DNA of 64,000 nucleotides from Thermoanaerobaculaceae bacterium (GTDB lineage Bacteria; Acidobacteriota; Thermoanaerobaculia; Multivoradales; UBA5704): NCBI GenBank assembly GCA_963712665.1, contig CAVQIV010000005.1, positions 142,356 to 206,355 of the forward strand, read 5' to 3'. Shown piece by piece: positions 61,779 to 64,000 of this stretch (position 1 is its first letter; each line of letters starts with the position of its first letter). The notes under the pieces were generated by a model. It saw only the letters and a program-made list of their open reading frames with translations, ran no database searches and was not told where the DNA came from. The position numbers and the translations under genes were made by a program.

Positions 61779-64000
61779 TGCTGACCAGCGGGCGTGCCCG
61801 AGGCCGGCACGTACCAGATCGGCGACGACCAGGCGCGCTGCTGCACCTCCTTGGGCACCTCACCGCTGCAGCACTGCTGATACTCGTACTCGGTGTAGCC
61901 GACGATGCTCTTGTTCGGCTCGGGCGGCTTCGCGCAGTCGACCTGCCGGCTCAGACAGTAGTACTGGTTCCAGCGGCAGCTCGGGTTCTCGACCACGCGC
62001 GTGTAGTAGAAGGCGTATCGGTTGGGATCGAACTCCGGGTCCGTCCAGACCGTGCAGAGCTCCGACGAGCCGGCCTTGACGTCCGGACGGCAGGTCTTGA
62101 GGTCGAGCGGTGCCTTCGTGGTCGTGCCGGCGACGTCATAAACCTTTTCATGCACGTTGCCCTGGGAATCGACCCAGCCCTTGACGATCTGCGCCCGCTG
62201 CAGCGACGCGCCCGGCTGCTCTTCCCAGCCCGGGTCCATGAGGGCATAGACCGCGAAGCGCGGTGCCTTCGAGCCTGACGGCGTGAGCGTGCCGCCCATG
62301 GGCACTCCGGCGGCGTAGCCCTGGGAGGCGAAGTCGCCCTTGGCGCACATCCCCTCCGGCAGGCCGAAGCCGCCGAAGAAACGCACCACCGGGCGGGTGC
62401 CGCTCGTGGCGTAGGTCTCGCGCCGGTGCATGCCGGCGAAGATCGAGTCGCGGGAGTTCTCCTCGGCCCAGACCGCGGTCAGGCCGCCGCCGTTGGTCTG
62501 CAGGCCGAGGAAGTTGGCGTCGTCGAGAGCCTGGCCGGAGACCACGAAGCTGTTATCGCCGTGCCCCGCGGTCTTGGCGTACTGCACGGCGTCGCTCGCG
62601 CCCGGCGTGCCGTTGTGGCTGTCGAGCCCGCCGACGAAACCGAGCTTGAACGGGTTGACCGCGCCGCCGTGCTGCTGCTGATAGAGCATGCCGTCCTTGA
62701 GCACGTTCCGCACGTAGCTCGAGGGCGGGATGGCCTCGGGGCTGGGCTCGACCAGATAGGCTCCGGTCAGCTTCGCCCAACTCATGTTCTCGAAGTCGCA
62801 CAGCTCGTCGGGGACGAAGGCGCCGGTCTGCCAGGCGTCCGGGTAGCGCTTCGAGGCACGGCATTCGGATCCGCCCTTGATCTGGAAGATCTCGACCAGC
62901 CGCTCGAGCTCGCCGCGGACCTGTGCGTCCTCGGCGCTCTCGGGCATCAGGAACATGGCGCCGCCGCTCACGTTCGGGTTGTGCGGGTTCGAAAGGAACT
63001 CGCACGGGTGCTTCGGGTCACTCTTGTTGCACTGCTGGCGCAGGGTCTTTAGCATCACCGTCGGCGAGGCGAGGCCGATGCCCGCCTTCGTCGAGAAGGC
63101 GCCAGCGCTCATCCGGTAGGCATGGGTGCCTTTGTACTTCAGGCAGTCCTCGCCCGCGCCACAGCCGGTCGGCACGTCGAGATAGGAGATCGGCGCGGCC
63201 GGGACGTTGGCGTTGCGGAAGATGATGTTGCGGTGCAGGTTGTTGCCGCCGCTGTCCACGACGCAGGTGCCGCTGGAATCGCAACCGCTCGTCGTGCCGT
63301 TCACGACGTAGCAGGTCTTCCCGTACGGCTGCGAGCACTGTCCGCGCTGGGCGCAGTGGTCCTTCTCGCCGCAGTCGGCGTCGGCGTAGCAGGGGCGGGA
63401 GCTCTGGATGCACTGCTTCATCATCGGCATCCCGGTGTACTCGTAGGCGATGAAAGAGGTGAACTTGCACGCGGTGGTCCGGTCGTAATTCTGCTCGGCC
63501 GCAGCGATGATCTGCTGCCAGACGTTCTTCGCCTGGTAGGTGCACGTCCCACCCTCCACCTTCCTTTCCCCCTCGAGGCAGTAGGGGAAACGTTTCGGCT
63601 CGGACTGCATCACGAGGGCAAGGAAGGCCATGGCGCCGGGGCCGCCCTCCAGCCGGTTGGCCGACTGCCGCGCCAGGGTGCAGAGGACGCTCGAATAGCC
63701 CTCGGGAACGCAGGTGCCGCTCTTCCCCCCGGGGGACTTGTCGCAGGTCTGCCCGGTGTCGCAGTCGCTCGCTTCCGTGCAGGAGACGTTCCCTTCGAAG
63801 AAGCAGATGTTGGTTTCGCCGAGCCACTCCGAGTGATCGGTGATGGCGGCGAAGTCGAGCGCCCGGCCCTTCGGGAGCTGGATCACCCGCGTGGCGGTGT
63901 ACTCGCAGGTGTCCGGCGGCAGGCAGTAGGGGAACGCGGAGACGCCGCCGGTCGCGGGCTGGGCGTCGGAGACCTTGACCGTGCGCGTGTCGACGAACGG
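61775..64000 (-). CDS. DUF3604-family (PHP-like metal-dependent) protein, Cys-rich, 5' end beyond the window
   Basis: LDFAAITDHSEWLGE is the hallmark block I recall for DUF3604. The frame stays open upstream of the track start (GTG 63886) to the window edge (...PFVDTRTVKVSDAQPATGGVSAFPYCLPPDTCEYTATRVIQLPKG). Its stop overlaps the next gene start. Confidence 0.65.
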   Translation of the reverse strand, partial: PFVDTRTVKVSDAQPATGGVSAFPYCLPPDTCEYTATRVIQLPKGRALDFAAITDHSEWLGETNICFFEGNVSCTEASDCDTGQTCDKSPGGKSGTCVPEGYSSVLCTLARQSANRLEGGPGAMAFLALVMQSEPKRFPYCLEGERKVEGGTCTYQAKNVWQQIIAAAEQNYDRTTACKFTSFIAYEYTGMPMMKQCIQSSRPCYADADCGEKDHCAQRGQCSQPYGKTCYVVNGTTSGCDSSGTCVVDSGGNNLHRNIIFRNANVPAAPISYLDVPTGCGAGEDCLKYKGTHAYRMSAGAFSTKAGIGLASPTVMLKTLRQQCNKSDPKHPCEFLSNPHNPNVSGGAMFLMPESAEDAQVRGELERLVEIFQIKGGSECRASKRYPDAWQTGAFVPDELCDFENMSWAKLTGAYLVEPSPEAIPPSSYVRNVLKDGMLYQQQHGGAVNPFKLGFVGGLDSHNGTPGASDAVQYAKTAGHGDNSFVVSGQALDDANFLGLQTNGGGLTAVWAEENSRDSIFAGMHRRETYATSGTRPVVRFFGGFGLPEGMCAKGDFASQGYAAGVPMGGTLTPSGSKAPRFAVYALMDPGWEEQPGASLQRAQIVKGWVDSQGNVHEKVYDVAGTTTKAPLDLKTCRPDVKAGSSELCTVWTDPEFDPNRYAFYYTRVVENPSCRWNQYYCLSRQVDCAKPPEPNKSIVGYTEYEYQQCCSGEVPKEVQQRAWSSPIWYVPASGTPAGQQ

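Overview
This is a 64-kb window of a high-GC bacterial chromosome, roughly two-thirds G+C by eye, with several clearly lower-GC islands. It falls into three zones. (1) 1-20.3 kb is a mosaic accessory region. It holds orphan low-GC genes and gene remnants (an S41-peptidase fragment, a transposase tail, a MazF tail and a truncated HAF-repeat paralog). It also holds a ~450-bp iteron-like array, two near-identical vapBC cassettes bracketed by short direct repeats, an ECF sigma factor / Ser-Thr kinase pair, and a secreted lysyl-endopeptidase-like protease gene split by an IS630-family element. (2) 22.8-40.3 kb is the stand-out locus. A ~9.1-kb (about 3,000-codon) gene encodes a signal-peptide-bearing SpvB/TcB-like + VCBS/FG-GAP-like + RHS/YD-repeat protein whose C-terminal tip carries a deaminase-type H-A-E...P-x-C-x-x-C signature. 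It is followed directly by a translationally coupled secretin / GspE-type ATPase / GspL-M-C-like / GspF-like operon with no recognisable pseudopilin or prepilin-peptidase gene. Both units are preceded by a shared ~80-bp element. I propose this as a candidate dedicated toxin-export system. (3) 40.3-64 kb is mostly core genes: recQ, higBA, an SNF2/SWIM helicase, sucCD, ndk, HD-GYP, UDG, an osmoprotectant-type ABC transporter, a hydrolase-OsmC fusion, pcnB and a HupE/PPIase/DUF3604 operon. These are punctuated by GC-rich palindromic repeat elements. I recognised no rRNA, tRNA or CRISPR array by eye. Caveat: many conserved genes (sucC, sucD, recQ, the secretin, the RHS gene) need single-base frame corrections. 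The sequence therefore probably carries indel errors, and pseudogene calls based only on frameshifts are unsafe.
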